In this document: positions 51,008-61,254 of the stretch, one piece after another | How the letters are laid out: the number at the start of each line of letters is the position of its first letter | Numbering within the stretch: position 1 is the stretch's first letter | From: an uncultured delta proteobacterium | GTDB taxonomy: Bacteria > Myxococcota_A > Polyangia > Fen-1088 | Assembly: GCA_963767925.1 (NCBI GenBank) | Contig: CAVYGB010000002.1 | Span: forward strand, 224,001-288,000 | Direction of reading: 5' to 3' | Length of the DNA: 64,000 nt | Position numbers and translations under genes: made by a program | The notes under the pieces: generated by a model | Databases searched by the model: none | What the model was told of the DNA's origin: nothing | What the model saw: only the letters and a program-made list of their open reading frames with translations

Positions 51008-53872
51008 CTACAGGCCGGGGGCCTTGATCGGGGCGCCGTCGACGTCGCGGGTCTCGACGGGCTTGCGGGTGGGCTCGAGCTGGGGGGCGATCTTGGCCTT
51101 GTCGCCCACTGCCACCACCACGAGCTTGTCGGGCAGCACGTAGCGGCGGGCGAGGCGGTGGGCGGCGGCGGCGTCGACGCCGGCCAGCTTGCGCGGCAAG
51201 CTGGCGTAGTAGCCGAGGCCCTGCCCGCGCGACCAGGCCGAGGCCAGGCTGCTGGCGATGACGGCGTTGGTGTCGAACATGCCCGGCAGCGACAGGAGCT
51301 GCGAGTTGCGCGCGTCCTGCAGCTCGGGCCCGGGGACCGGCTGCTTGCGCAGGCCCTCGATCTCCCCGAACAGGTCGATCAGCGCGGGCCCGGTGACGTC
51401 GGTGCGCACGCTGCCCCGGATGGCGAACAGCCCCAGCTCGCGGCCGGGCACGAAGTCCGAGTAGACCCCGTAGCTGTAGCCCTTGACCTCGCGCAAGGTG
51501 TGGTTGATCCGGCTGGTGAAGTTGCCGCCCAGGATGGCGTTCATCACCGCCAGGCGGGGTAGATCCGGGTCGCTGGCCCGCGGGCCGAAGGAGGCCACGA
51601 ACAGCGCCGTCTGGGCCGCCCCCGGCTTGTCGACCAGCACCAGCCGGGCGGGCGTGGGCGCGGGGCGGGGCAGCGCCACCTTGCCCGCGGGGGCCTGGGC
51701 CTTCCAGCCGCCCAGGCGGGCCAGCACGACCTGCTTGAGCTCGTCGAAGGCCACGTCCCCCGCCACGACCAGCGCCGTGCGGTCGGGGCGGTAGTGCGCC
51801 TTCCAGAACCCGACCAGGTCGTCGGCGGTGGTGGCCTTTATCGCCGCCTCGCTGCCGAGCGGGCTCTTGCCGAGGGGGTGCTCCGGTCCGAACAGGGCCG
51901 CCGCCGCCACCACGCTGGCGGTGGCGTCGGGGTCCTCGTGTTGCTGCAGCAGCGCCGCCAGCCGGTTCTTCTGCTGCCGCTCGATCTCGCCGGGCGCGAA
52001 GGCCGGGGCGAGCAGCACGTCCGCCACGATCTCGAGGGCCGCCGGGAAGCGCGCCGACAGCGACGTCATCGACAGGCGCGTGTCGTCGGAGGTGGCGCGC
52101 ACGTCGAAGGAGGCCCCCAGGCTGGCGATGTCGTCGGCGAGCTGCAGGGCCGAGCGGGTGCGCGTCCCCTCCTGCAACATGGCGGCGGTGAAGCCAGCCA
52201 GCCCCGGGCGGTCGGGCGGGTTGGCGTCGGCGCCCGCCTTGACCACCAGGGTGGCGCTGACCACCGGGACGCCCGGGTTGGCCACGTGGACCACGGTCAG
52301 GCCGCTCGGCAGGCGGAAGGACTTGCCCGCCGGCAGGGCCAGGGGCGTGGCGGGCGCGGGGCTCGGGCGCTCCTTGCGCCAGGGCTCGTCGGCGTTGACC
52401 CCCTCGCGCTCGGATTTGTCGGACGCCTTGGGCGCCGGGGGGGTCGGCACCTCGGCGGCGAGGACCTGCTTGCCCGGCTTGGCCACCACCACCACCCGGG
52501 CCTGCTTCCTGAGATGGGTGGCGATCTCCCGGCTGATGTCGGCCGGCTTGACCGCCCGGTAGCGGAGGACGTCCTTGCCGAGGAAGCCGGGATCGCCGGC
52601 CACCTCGTTGTAGGAGTTGAGCTGGTCGGCCACCCCCATGACCTTCTCGAGGTTGCGGTAGAGGCGGGTCTCGAAGGTGTTGCGGGCCCGCTCGACCTCG
52701 TCGGCGCTGGGGGGCGTGGCCGCCAGCCGGGTGAGCTCGTCGTCGATGGCCTTCTCCAGCTCGGCGGCGGTGTGGCCCGGCCGGGCGGTGGCGTCGATGC
52801 TGAACACCGAGCCGAGGGTCAGCGAATACTGGGAGGCGTTCACGTCCTGGGCGATCTGCTTGTCGTAGACCAGGGCCTTGTACAGGCGGCTCGATTTTCC
52901 CCCGGCCAGGATGTGCGAGGCCAGGTCCAGCTCGGCGTCACCGGGTTTCAGCACGGCGGGGCTGTGCCAGGCCAGGTAGACCCGGGGCAGCTCCACCCGG
53001 TCGGTGACCTCCACCCGGCGCTCGGCGGTGATGCGGGGCTGGGCCACCTTGACCGCGGGCGGCCGCTCGCCCGCCTTCAGGGTGCCGAAGTACTTCTCGA
53101 TGAGGGTCTTGACCCGGGCCTTGTCGAAGTCGCCGGCCAGGGCCAGGGTGGCGTTGTTGGGGCGGTAGTAGGTCTTGAAGAAGGCCTTCACGTCCTTCAA
53201 CGTCGCCGCCTGGATGTCGGCGTGCGAGCCGATCACGACCGCGTAGTGAGGGTGATCTTTGGGGTAGAGCGTGTGGTAGAGCGCCTCGGTGGCGATGCCG
53301 TAGGGCTCGTTCTCCACCCGCTGCCGGCGCTCGTTGCGGACCACGTCCTGCTGGTTGGCCAGGGAGACCTGATCGATCTCGTCGATCATGTAGCCCATCA
53401 TGTCGGCCTTCATCCAGAGCCCCAGCTCGAGCTGGTTGGCGGGCAAGGTGAAGAAGTAGCGGGTGCGATCGAAGTCGGTGGTGCCGTTGTAGTCGGTGCC
53501 GCCCACCCCCTCGACGATCTTGTCGGCCACCCCCCGGGCCAGGTGTTTGGTCCCGGCGAACATGAGGTGCTCGAACAGGTGGGCGAAGCCGGTGCGGCCC
53601 GCCACCTCGTTGCGGGCGCCCACGTGAAACCAGACGTTGAAGGCCACCAGCGGCAGGCGGTGGTCCTCGGCCAGGATCACCTCCAGCCCGTTTGGCAGGG
53701 TGTACTTCTCGAAGGCGATGTTCGGCAGCCCGCCCTCCGCGGTGACCGCCCGGATGGCCGCCCGGGGATCGGCGGCCGGCGCGGCCGCGCTGGGCCGGGA
53801 GAAGGCGGCGGCGAGGACGAAGGCGGCGGCGGCCGCCAGGGCGAAGGCAGCGACGACGGGAAGAGCACGCAT
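51008..53872 (-). CDS. M16 family zinc protease (two-module)
   Basis: GFAHLFEHLMF, NGTT..DRT, VVRNERRQ, LREVKGYSYG. Confidence 0.95.
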   Translation of the reverse strand: MRALPVVAAFALAAAAAFVLAAAFSRPSAAAPAADPRAAIRAVTAEGGLPNIAFEKYTLPNGLEVILAEDHRLPLVAFNVWFHVGARNEVAGRTGFAHLFEHLMFAGTKHLARGVADKIVEGVGGTDYNGTTDFDRTRYFFTLPANQLELGLWMKADMMGYMIDEIDQVSLANQQDVVRNERRQRVENEPYGIATEALYHTLYPKDHPHYAVVIGSHADIQAATLKDVKAFFKTYYRPNNATLALAGDFDKARVKTLIEKYFGTLKAGERPPAVKVAQPRITAERRVEVTDRVELPRVYLAWHSPAVLKPGDAELDLASHILAGGKSSRLYKALVYDKQIAQDVNASQYSLTLGSVFSIDATARPGHTAAELEKAIDDELTRLAATPPSADEVERARNTFETRLYRNLEKVMGVADQLNSYNEVAGDPGFLGKDVLRYRAVKPADISREIATHLRKQARVVVVAKPGKQVLAAEVPTPPAPKASDKSEREGVNADEPWRKERPSPAPATPLALPAGKSFRLPSGLTVVHVANPGVPVVSATLVVKAGADANPPDRPGLAGFTAAMLQEGTRTRSALQLADDIASLGASFDVRATSDDTRLSMTSLSARFPAALEIVADVLLAPAFAPGEIERQQKNRLAALLQQHEDPDATASVVAAAALFGPEHPLGKSPLGSEAAIKATTADDLVGFWKAHYRPDRTALVVAGDVAFDELKQVVLARLGGWKAQAPAGKVALPRPAPTPARLVLVDKPGAAQTALFVASFGPRASDPDLPRLAVMNAILGGNFTSRINHTLREVKGYSYGVYSDFVPGRELGLFAIRGSVRTDVTGPALIDLFGEIEGLRKQPVPGPELQDARNSQLLSLPGMFDTNAVIASSLASAWSRGQGLGYYASLPRKLAGVDAAAAHRLARRYVLPDKLVVVAVGDKAKIAPQLEPTRKPVETRDVDGAPIKAPGL

Positions 53873-53969
53873 GCGGCACCTCGAGGTGGTCTGGAGCAGC
53901 GGCGCGAAATCTACCGTGCCGCCCCCGGCGTTGCCATCGCCGCGGGCGGGCGCGGTGTGGGCGGCCATC

Positions 53970-55175
53970 TCACCCGCGGCGGCCGCGCAGCCCCAGCGCG
54001 ATCAGCGTGACGAGCAGGCCCACCGGGAGGAAGACCGGCAGGTAGCCCGCCCGCTCGGCCAGCACGCCGAGGGCAGCCACCGAGACCATGCCGGCGTTGT
54101 AGGCGGCGTTCACCCGGGCCAGCGCCCCGTCGCGGGCGACCCCGCGTGTGGCCTGCAGCACCACCGCGAGGAAGGCTGGCCAGAACAGCCCGTGGGCCAG
54201 GCCGAAGAGCCCGCCGTGCAGGGCGAGCGTCGCCGGGGTCAGCAGGACCATCGCCGCGATCACCAGGCCGTAGCCGACGAAGCTGGCGAAGGCCACCCGT
54301 TGCGGGCCCAGGCGATCGATGAGGCGACCGAAGAGCAGCCGGCTGGCCACCGCCACCAGGGTGAAGCCGACCAGGAAGTCGCTGATGCGGTGGCTGCCGC
54401 GCGCGAGGGCGAGCGGCTGATGGAAGGTGAACATGGTGCCCGAGCCGATCCCCACCGCCGCCGCGAGCAGCAGCAGGTACAGGGAGACGCCGGCGCGGCC
54501 CGCGGCCGGCGCCGCTGGCGCATCCGGGGGGCGCGGGGCGGAGGGCGGCCGGATGCGAGTGGCCAGCCAGGCGCCGAGCGCCGCCACCGCCGCGGCGGCG
54601 GCGAACACCGGCGCGGGACCGAGCCGGGCGATGCCGAGCTCGGCCAGGACCGGGCTGAAGGCGTTGGTCAGAAGATTCGAGCTGCCGTGCAGGGCGATGG
54701 CCTGGCTGAGCCGCCCGGGAGGCGCCAGCGCCATGGCCAGCGATCCGCCGGAAGAGAACATGAAGGCCCAGCCGAGGCCCTGCAGCACCCGGCAGAAGAA
54801 GGCCAGCGGCCCCACCGAGGTGACAGCGGCGAAGCCGATCGCGCCGGCCGCCATGCACAGGGCGCCGATGGCCAGGGTGCGGACGTCTCCGAAGCGCGCC
54901 GACACGCGCGCCACCGGCCCGACCGCCACCACGTTGACCAGCGCGGCGGTGGCCATCACCCAGCCGACCTGCGCGGGCCCGGCATGCAGGTGCACCGCCA
55001 GGAACTTCGGCAAGATCAGGAAGGTCGAGTAGGCGAGCCCGAAGCAGCTCTGCGCCAGCAGCAGCGCGCGAAAGGCCGGGACGCTCAGCGGCGACAGCGA
55101 CGGCGCGGAGGGGGACGACGACGGCGAAGACGGGGGCGAAGCTGCGGTGGATTCGTTGCGGGCGGACGCGGTCAT
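53970..55175 (-). CDS. MFS transporter
   Basis: About 12 TM helices, RVLQGLG, GRLIDRLG motif. Confidence 0.92.
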   Translation of the reverse strand: MTASARNESTAASPPSSPSSSPSAPSLSPLSVPAFRALLLAQSCFGLAYSTFLILPKFLAVHLHAGPAQVGWVMATAALVNVVAVGPVARVSARFGDVRTLAIGALCMAAGAIGFAAVTSVGPLAFFCRVLQGLGWAFMFSSGGSLAMALAPPGRLSQAIALHGSSNLLTNAFSPVLAELGIARLGPAPVFAAAAAVAALGAWLATRIRPPSAPRPPDAPAAPAAGRAGVSLYLLLLAAAVGIGSGTMFTFHQPLALARGSHRISDFLVGFTLVAVASRLLFGRLIDRLGPQRVAFASFVGYGLVIAAMVLLTPATLALHGGLFGLAHGLFWPAFLAVVLQATRGVARDGALARVNAAYNAGMVSVAALGVLAERAGYLPVFLPVGLLVTLIALGLRGRRG

Positions 55176-55458
55176 GTGTGGAGCTCCCTGGCCCCTGGCC
55201 GCGTCATCGGGAGCTGGCATCGACCGAACCGGCGTCGGGCCCTCTTCCGTGTCGCGGAGAGGGCGGCGTTTCGGTGGTGGTTGTCGTTGCTACCGTTGTT
55301 ACCTTGCGCGCGCGCCCTCGTTGGATACCGACTTGCAATTGGACTGGCCCTTGGCCAGCCCGGCAAGTCGGATCTGCTCGAAGGAATACCAGCGCGACAT
55401 CTGCTTTTCACCTTGCGCCCGCGCCGGCGGGAGGGTCAAGGATGCTTTGGCGCCCGAT

Positions 55459-55833
55459 TCACCGGCGCGAGCGGGGCTTGTTCGACAGGATGGGGATGTC
55501 GTCCACGCTCTTGCCGAAATGGAAGCTGCGGCGGGTGAACACCGAGATGGCGGCGAGGCCCAGGCGGATCACGGGGTGGATCTGGGGGCCCACGATCCAC
55601 AGCTCGAGGAGCTGCTCGCGCCGCCGGACGAACCACTCCTGCCACATGCGCCGGGCCGCCGGCTCGTAGCCGGTCATCACCGTGAGGTCGCCGACGAAGA
55701 TGTAGCTCTCGATCGGATCCAGCAGCGCGTCGATGGCCACGATGGCCAGCTCGGCATCGGCCGCGCTCCAGCTCCCGGGTGGGGGCTTGACGAACAGCCC
55801 GCCGGTGGCCGTTTTCCAGACCTTGGCCTCCAT
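55459..55833 (-). CDS. Hypothetical protein (STAS/SEC14-like small alpha/beta)
   Basis: DLTVMTGYEPAARR.W..W, IRLGLAAIS pattern. Confidence 0.6.
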   Translation of the reverse strand: MEAKVWKTATGGLFVKPPPGSWSAADAELAIVAIDALLDPIESYIFVGDLTVMTGYEPAARRMWQEWFVRRREQLLELWIVGPQIHPVIRLGLAAISVFTRRSFHFGKSVDDIPILSNKPRSRR

Positions 55834-56074
55834 GAAGACGCCCGCCGATCATCGGTGGTTCGCCGGCCCCGCTTGATGCCCGCGGGAGCCGCGACCTGGT
55901 GCGCGACTTTGCGCGATTGCCACGTCGCGCGCGTCTGCAAGGCCTTGACCTGAAGACCTGCCCACGTAAGAAGATGGCTTTCACGCGTCGCCCGGCGTCG
56001 GGGGCGCCGGAAGGAGTTGCACCCTGGGTTCACAAGCTCGCCTGCGTTCGGGGCTCGCGCTTGCGGTCGGCCTG

Positions 56075-57106
56075 GTGGCCACCGTCTCGGCGGCCTCGGT
56101 TCATCGATACCGGGAGCAGGGGGCGGTGGCGCGGGCGCTGGAGACGCGCCTGGCCCGGGTGGAGGTGGGGCTGGCCCGGGGCACCGCCGGCGCGGCGCTG
56201 GCCTGCCCGGCCGGCGCCGTCGAGGGGGTCACCCAGCCGGGCAGCGGCGCGGCCGCCAGCGGCGGTCCGCTGCTCGCGAGCTGGCAGAGCGTCGCCGGCT
56301 GCGGCGCGGGCGCCTCGGTGGGCACCGGTGGCGGCGTCAAGTGGATCGGACGCAACGTGCGCGGCGGCCTGTTCCGCCTCGAGTGCCAGGCCAACTACGT
56401 CGAGATGCCCTACGGCTACAACTTCGTCGGCTCGACGCTGATCAGCCACGACCTGACCGACCGCTGGAACATCGGCGTCAGCGTCCCTTACCTCTACAAG
56501 TTCATGAGCGACCCCTACGACATCGGCGTCGACATCGCCAACAAGGGCCCGGGCGACGTCAACCTGCTGGTCACCCGCCGCTTCGGAGCCCTGCAGACCT
56601 GGAACCTCACCCTCGCCGTGGGCGCCCCCACCGGCACCCATGACGTCGAGTTCCGCATGGAGAAGCTCCCCCAGGACCGCCAGCTCGGCCTGGGCCGCCC
56701 CACCGCCTCGATCGTCCTCGACCACACCATCGACAACGACTGGGGCCCCGTCGTCCTCGGCGGCACGGCCGGCTACCGGGGCGGCACCAACGACCTCGGC
56801 AGCTACCGCGCCCCGAGCGCCAGCCTGTACAGCTACGCCGGCTACCTCCTCGGCCCCTTCGTCCCCGCCTTCGGCCTCACCGCCACCGCCTTCTCCGGCC
56901 TCGACCTCGACCTGGGCCACGAACAGGCCCTCCCCCTGGTCAGCCTGGCCGCCAACGTCTCGCTCGAGTGGTCCACCGACTGGGTGGCCCTGCTCCTCGG
57001 CGCCTCCTTCCCCTACGACGTCGGCGTCCGCTCCGAGAGCGTCTCGGGCTACAACCGCTTCGGCGCCTGGACCGTCGCCCTCGGCGCCGCCTTCGCCGTG
57101 TTCTAG
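56075..57106 (+). CDS. Putative outer-membrane beta-barrel protein
   Basis: Amphipathic strands, G.GD and APTG motifs, C-terminal Phe. The true start may be slightly upstream (RBS-like GGAAGGAG near 56009). Confidence 0.65.
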   Translation: MATVSAASVHRYREQGAVARALETRLARVEVGLARGTAGAALACPAGAVEGVTQPGSGAAASGGPLLASWQSVAGCGAGASVGTGGGVKWIGRNVRGGLFRLECQANYVEMPYGYNFVGSTLISHDLTDRWNIGVSVPYLYKFMSDPYDIGVDIANKGPGDVNLLVTRRFGALQTWNLTLAVGAPTGTHDVEFRMEKLPQDRQLGLGRPTASIVLDHTIDNDWGPVVLGGTAGYRGGTNDLGSYRAPSASLYSYAGYLLGPFVPAFGLTATAFSGLDLDLGHEQALPLVSLAANVSLEWSTDWVALLLGASFPYDVGVRSESVSGYNRFGAWTVALGAAFAVF

Positions 57107-57141
57107 CCGGGCCCGAGCGCAGCGAGGGAACCCGGCTACTC
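57103..57141. repeat. REP-like hairpin family B, second copy
   Basis: CTAGCCGGGCCCGAGCGCAGCGAGGGAACCCGGCTACTC, beginning at the TAG stop of the upstream gene. Confidence 0.75.
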
Positions 57142-57181
57142 TCCGCGACCGTCTCCCGGCGCCTGCGGCCGGCGGCGGCGG

Positions 57182-57811
57182 TCAGCCGGTGAAGGCGTCC
57201 CAGACGGTGGGGGGCATCTCGATGGTGAGCTCGACCTGGCGGCCGGCGACCTCGAGGACGCAGCGGGAGAGCTCGAAGCGGTCGCTGCCCTCGACGAGGC
57301 TGCGGCGCCAGGCCAGGCCGTGTTGCTCGGCGAGCTGGCGGGCCACGCGGGCGAAGACCCGGCGAGCCTGGCCGGGGTCGGCGGCGACGAACCGCCGCAG
57401 GACCCGGCCGCGGATCAGCTCGGTCTTGCCGCCGGGGGCGCCGAGCAGGAGCAGGTCGTAGAGGCCGATCTCCTCTTCGCCCTCGTCCGACTCGGGCCGG
57501 CCGAAGGGGCGGCTCGGGGTGGTGGGGCGCAGCTCGAACTGCGGCTCGATGCCGAGCCCGGCCAGCCAGGTGATCGCCTCGGTCACCAGGCGTTCGCGCC
57601 GGGCGGTCTCGGCCAGGCCGTGGTAGTCGGGGGCGGCGCCCCGGCGGGGGATCTCCACGTGCCGCTCGTCGGCCGGCAGCGCGTCGATCGACAGCGACAC
57701 CTCGCCGGTCTCGACGTCGAGGAAGAAGCGGGTCGAGTCGCCTTGCGAGTCCATCGCATCGACGATCTCGTCCATCTGCAGGTACAGCCGACGCAGGGCC
57801 TGGTCGTTCAT
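57182..57811 (-). CDS. Hypothetical protein with UPF0158-like N-terminus
   Basis: DEIVDAMD...FFLDVETGEV and WL..LGIEP motifs. Confidence 0.6.
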   Translation of the reverse strand: MNDQALRRLYLQMDEIVDAMDSQGDSTRFFLDVETGEVSLSIDALPADERHVEIPRRGAAPDYHGLAETARRERLVTEAITWLAGLGIEPQFELRPTTPSRPFGRPESDEGEEEIGLYDLLLLGAPGGKTELIRGRVLRRFVAADPGQARRVFARVARQLAEQHGLAWRRSLVEGSDRFELSRCVLEVAGRQVELTIEMPPTVWDAFTG

Positions 57812-57886
57812 GGGGGCGCCGGCGGTAAGGCTACCACCGGCGCCCCCGCGGGCTGACCGCCTTCGTGAGGATCAGGGGGACAGCGG

Positions 57887-59008
57887 TCAGGGGACAGTGG
57901 CGGTGGACTCGGGGACGGTGGTGGCCCAGGGGACCAGCTCCTTCATCCGCATGATCTGGAAGCCCCGCTCGGCCCACAGCTTGTATCCCACCAGGTTGTA
58001 GTGGTGGTCGTCGGACATCGGGAGCCCCTCGCTGGGGATCAGGCCGGCGCGGGGGATGACGGTGTCGGCCGCGCGGCGGAGCTGCTCCTTGATGGTGGGG
58101 GCGGTGGGCTGGGTCTCGGGGTCGAAGTCGCCGGTGGCCCCCGCCTCCCAGTCGCCCATGAGGAAGGGGATGTTGGGGTCGCCGAGGTCGGTGCGCATGT
58201 CGTTGGCGATGCCGGCGAGGCACTCGAAGAAGCGGGGGATGTTCATGCGGTCGCGCCGGAACTCGTTCACCCCGAGCATCACGAAGATGCCGCCGAAGGT
58301 GACCTTGCCCTTGAGCTCGGCGGCGGCGTCCATCACGAACGGGTAGAGCAGCGCCCCCTTGCGGAAGTTGCGGCAGAAGCCGCCCACCGATCCGTCGTGG
58401 CCGCGGCCGATGTGCACGAAGGTCAGGTCGGGCGCGTGCTCGCGGGCGGTGTGCAAGATGGCCATGCCGGGGCCCGCCTTGCCCTGGGTGAGCCGGTCAC
58501 CCGAGAGGGGCTCCTTGGCCGCCACGAAGCGCCCCCCCTTGGCGTAGGCCCACAGCTTCGGGTTGGTCTGGAAGTACAACGACCGCATGCTGGCCGGCAC
58601 GTCGGTGCGGCCGGCGGCGTTCGAGTGGCCGAGGTGCAAGGTGACGATGACCTTGTCCTTGGGAATGAAGGTCCCGTTGATGGTGACACCAGCGGCGCCG
58701 GGGGGCGTGGGAGAGGGCTGCGCGGGGGCCGGCGGCGGGTTGCTCGGGCCGGGCGGGTCGATGGGGGGCGACATCGTGCCCGGCGGCGGGGGCGTCGGGT
58801 TGGCGCCGGTGGCCGGAGGGGTCGGCGCCGGCGGGGTGGTGCCGGGGTTGGGGGGGGTGGTCGGGTTGGGGTTCGCGGGGGGTGGCGGCGCAGTGGGCTC
58901 GTTGCCGGGGGCGGGAGGGTCCTCGGGGGTGGGGGACTCGCTCAGGCCGCAGCCGGCCACGAGGAGGGTGGTCAGGGTGCCTGCGACGAGAAGGTGAGAT
59001 GCTCGCAT
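57887..59008 (-). CDS. SGNH-type acetylesterase (SASA/CE6-like) lipoprotein
   Basis: Lipobox VAGC, LGHSNAAG, AKEPL, GPGM, DDHHY (DxxH), GYKLWAER. Confidence 0.8.
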   Translation of the reverse strand: MRASHLLVAGTLTTLLVAGCGLSESPTPEDPPAPGNEPTAPPPPANPNPTTPPNPGTTPPAPTPPATGANPTPPPPGTMSPPIDPPGPSNPPPAPAQPSPTPPGAAGVTINGTFIPKDKVIVTLHLGHSNAAGRTDVPASMRSLYFQTNPKLWAYAKGGRFVAAKEPLSGDRLTQGKAGPGMAILHTAREHAPDLTFVHIGRGHDGSVGGFCRNFRKGALLYPFVMDAAAELKGKVTFGGIFVMLGVNEFRRDRMNIPRFFECLAGIANDMRTDLGDPNIPFLMGDWEAGATGDFDPETQPTAPTIKEQLRRAADTVIPRAGLIPSEGLPMSDDHHYNLVGYKLWAERGFQIMRMKELVPWATTVPESTATVP

Positions 59009-59240
59009 TGACGTCGTTGCCTCGTTTTGCCGTGGCCGTGCGGCCGGTTGTGGGCCTCGCGCTCCATCCGCCCCTCCCGCAAGGTAGGGTCAGTGTCCCA
59101 GGGTTAGAGTCGCCAACGAAGGCAGATTGTCACACCCCATCCCCACGCCGCGCCGAGCCTATCGCACCGCGCTGGGGGCCGGGGGCGTGCGCGAGGCGGT
59201 CGGGCGGTGGCAGGTGGCGGGCGGTGCTGACAGGGCGGAC

Positions 59241-59409
59241 GGGCGGTGGCAGGTGACGGCGGTGGCAGGTGACGGGCGGTGGCAGGTGACGGCGGTGGCA
59301 GGTGACGGGCGGTGGCAGGTGACGGCGGTGGCAGGTGACGGGCGGTGGCAGGTGACGGCGGTGGCAGGTGACGGCGGTGGCAGGTGACGGGCGGTGGCAG
59401 GTGACGGCG
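59241..59409. repeat. 16/17-bp tandem repeat x10
   Basis: (G)GGCGGTGGCAGGTGAC, mostly alternating 17 and 16 bp. Confidence 0.95.
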
Positions 59410-59843
59410 GGCGCTGAGAGGCGGACGGGCGGTGGCGGGTGGGCCCGCTGCGCTACGGAAAGAGGAGGAGATTCCCCGAGGTCTCGCCGGGGCTTACAGC
59501 GCTTCGCGCTTGCCCCTCTGTTCGGCGCTGGCAAGCTCGCGCAGACGCGAGCTGCGCGCCTCCACTCGATCTCGGAGAATCTCCTCCTCTTTCCTCCGCT
59601 CCGCTACCGTTTCGCGCTTCGCTGCCGTCGTCGTGGAGGGTGCGATCGTCGCGCCTCGCTGCCATCGTCACGCTTCGCTACCGTTTCGCGCTTCGCTGCC
59701 ATCGTCGTGGAGGGTGCGATCGTCGCGCTCGCTGCCATCGTGGTGGGAGCTGGCGGTGGGAGCTGGCGGCGACGGGATGGCTGGCTTCGTCGGGGGGGGC
59801 CGAACTTGTCGGCCGTGCTGGCGCGCGGGGCGAACCGGCGGCG

Positions 59844-59915
59844 CACTTGAAAGGGGCACTACTTGAAAGGGGCACTACTTGAAGAGCGGCACTACTTGAA
59901 GAGCGGCACTACTTA
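59844..59915. repeat. Left part of a 16/17-bp array interrupted by the IS
   Basis: A(A/G)(G/A)G(G/C)GGCACTACTT(G)A, about 4 units. Confidence 0.92.
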
Positions 59916-59939
59916 GAGTGAGCCGCTGAAACCTGTGAA

Positions 59940-60739
59940 TTACGCACGAGAGGCAGCGTTGAAGGCAATCAGCGCACAGGCGAGCCGAACGAAGGCTAAG
60001 TAATTCTCGGCTTTGCGTTCCCAGCGAATGAGAAGACCTCGATATCGGTTGTGCCAGCTGTTGGTGCGCTCTACCACCCAGCGTCGCGGCCTACCGTGAA
60101 CACAGCCGACCAGTGGTGGTTCGCCTCGCCGGCGGATGTGAGGAACGATTCGACGGCGGCGAACCTCCTGCTCACAGTCGGCGTAGTCGTAGCCTTTGTC
60201 GAGGCACAAGTTCTTGGGGCGACGTGGACCACGAGGGCCCCGCAGGACCATGGCATCCAGGGTCTGGCCCACCATCCACTTGTCGTGCACGTTCGCCCCT
60301 GTGATGGTGACGGCCAGGGGCACGCCGTCGGCGTCGGTCAGGATGTGGCGCTTGGTCCCGAGTTTGGCCCGATCGGTCGGACTGGGGCCGGTGAGGTCCC
60401 CCCTTTTGGTGCCTTGACAGTGGCGCTGTCGAGCGAGCACCAGCTCAGGTCGACGCCAACATGCTGGTCGTAGTAGAGGACCATCTCCACGTGCATCATG
60501 TGGAACACGCCCGCCGCTCGCCACTGCTGGAACCGGTGGTAGCACACGCTGCCGCTGCCGAACTCGCGGGGGATGGCATCCCATTGGCACCCGGTCTTGA
60601 GCTTGTAGACGATTCCGGACATGACCTTGCGGTTGTCGTTCGGCGGTCGGCCGCCTTTGGGACTGCGTGCTCGCTTGGGAATCCAAACGCGCGTGCACTC
60701 CCAAACCTCTTCGGGGATGTCTTCGAATTGTGCCGTCAT
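59940..60739 (-). CDS. IS5-family DDE transposase, two ORFs joined by a probable -1 programmed frameshift
   Basis: OrfA: GRPP, GIVYKLKTGCQW, SLDSATVKAP. OrfB: GTKRHILTD, DKGYD, RWVVERT.SW. Slippery AAAAGGGGGG at 60407-60398. Confidence 0.93.
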
Positions 60740-60884
60740 GGACAGTAGAGATCACGACCTGACGGGCTCGGCAAATTTTCGCTTGAATTGGCACTCGCGC
60801 ACCGTCGGTTGCAGCCACTGCGATGTCCCGGTCGCTGGTCTGGTCGGGCGCAACCAAGCCCCAACCGCCGCCGATAACCTGGTC

Positions 60885-61254
60885 ATGTCGCCGGGGCCCC
60901 GCACCTTTGACCATCATCGGCTCGACGCTTTCTGCGTGGCCCGCGATGCTCTACGCTTGGGCGACGCTCTTGCGCGGAGAATGCCACGCGGGTATGCGAC
61001 GTTGCAGGACCAGCTTCGGCGCGCTGTTGTCGGCATACCTGGGCATCGCCGAGGCATCCAGCCGAACGGGCGCCGACAGGATCTCACGGTTCCGCACCGC
61101 CAGAGGCGAAGCGTCCGAGGCGGCAGCCGCCTTGGAGGCGGTTGCAATCCTGGGACTTGCTCCCGATACCGAGATCGAAGCGGTGATGTCTCTGCTCGAC
61201 CGGCTGTGCGCGATGCTCACTCGGCTCGCCGGCATGCACCGCCACCAACCCTGA
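60885..61254 (+). pseudogene. Four-helix-bundle protein (23S rRNA IVP/Avd-like), frameshifted by a 2-bp loss near 61020
   Basis: FDHHRLDAF, LQDQLRR|ALLS..LGIAE, F..ARG.ASE, MLTRL. The copy at 38153-38419 has the extra GC and is in frame there. Confidence 0.85.

Noticed and set aside
60885..61254. Diversity-generating retroelement (Avd-like gene)
   Set aside because: No reverse transcriptase and no TR/VR pair with adenine-specific mismatches are visible in the window.
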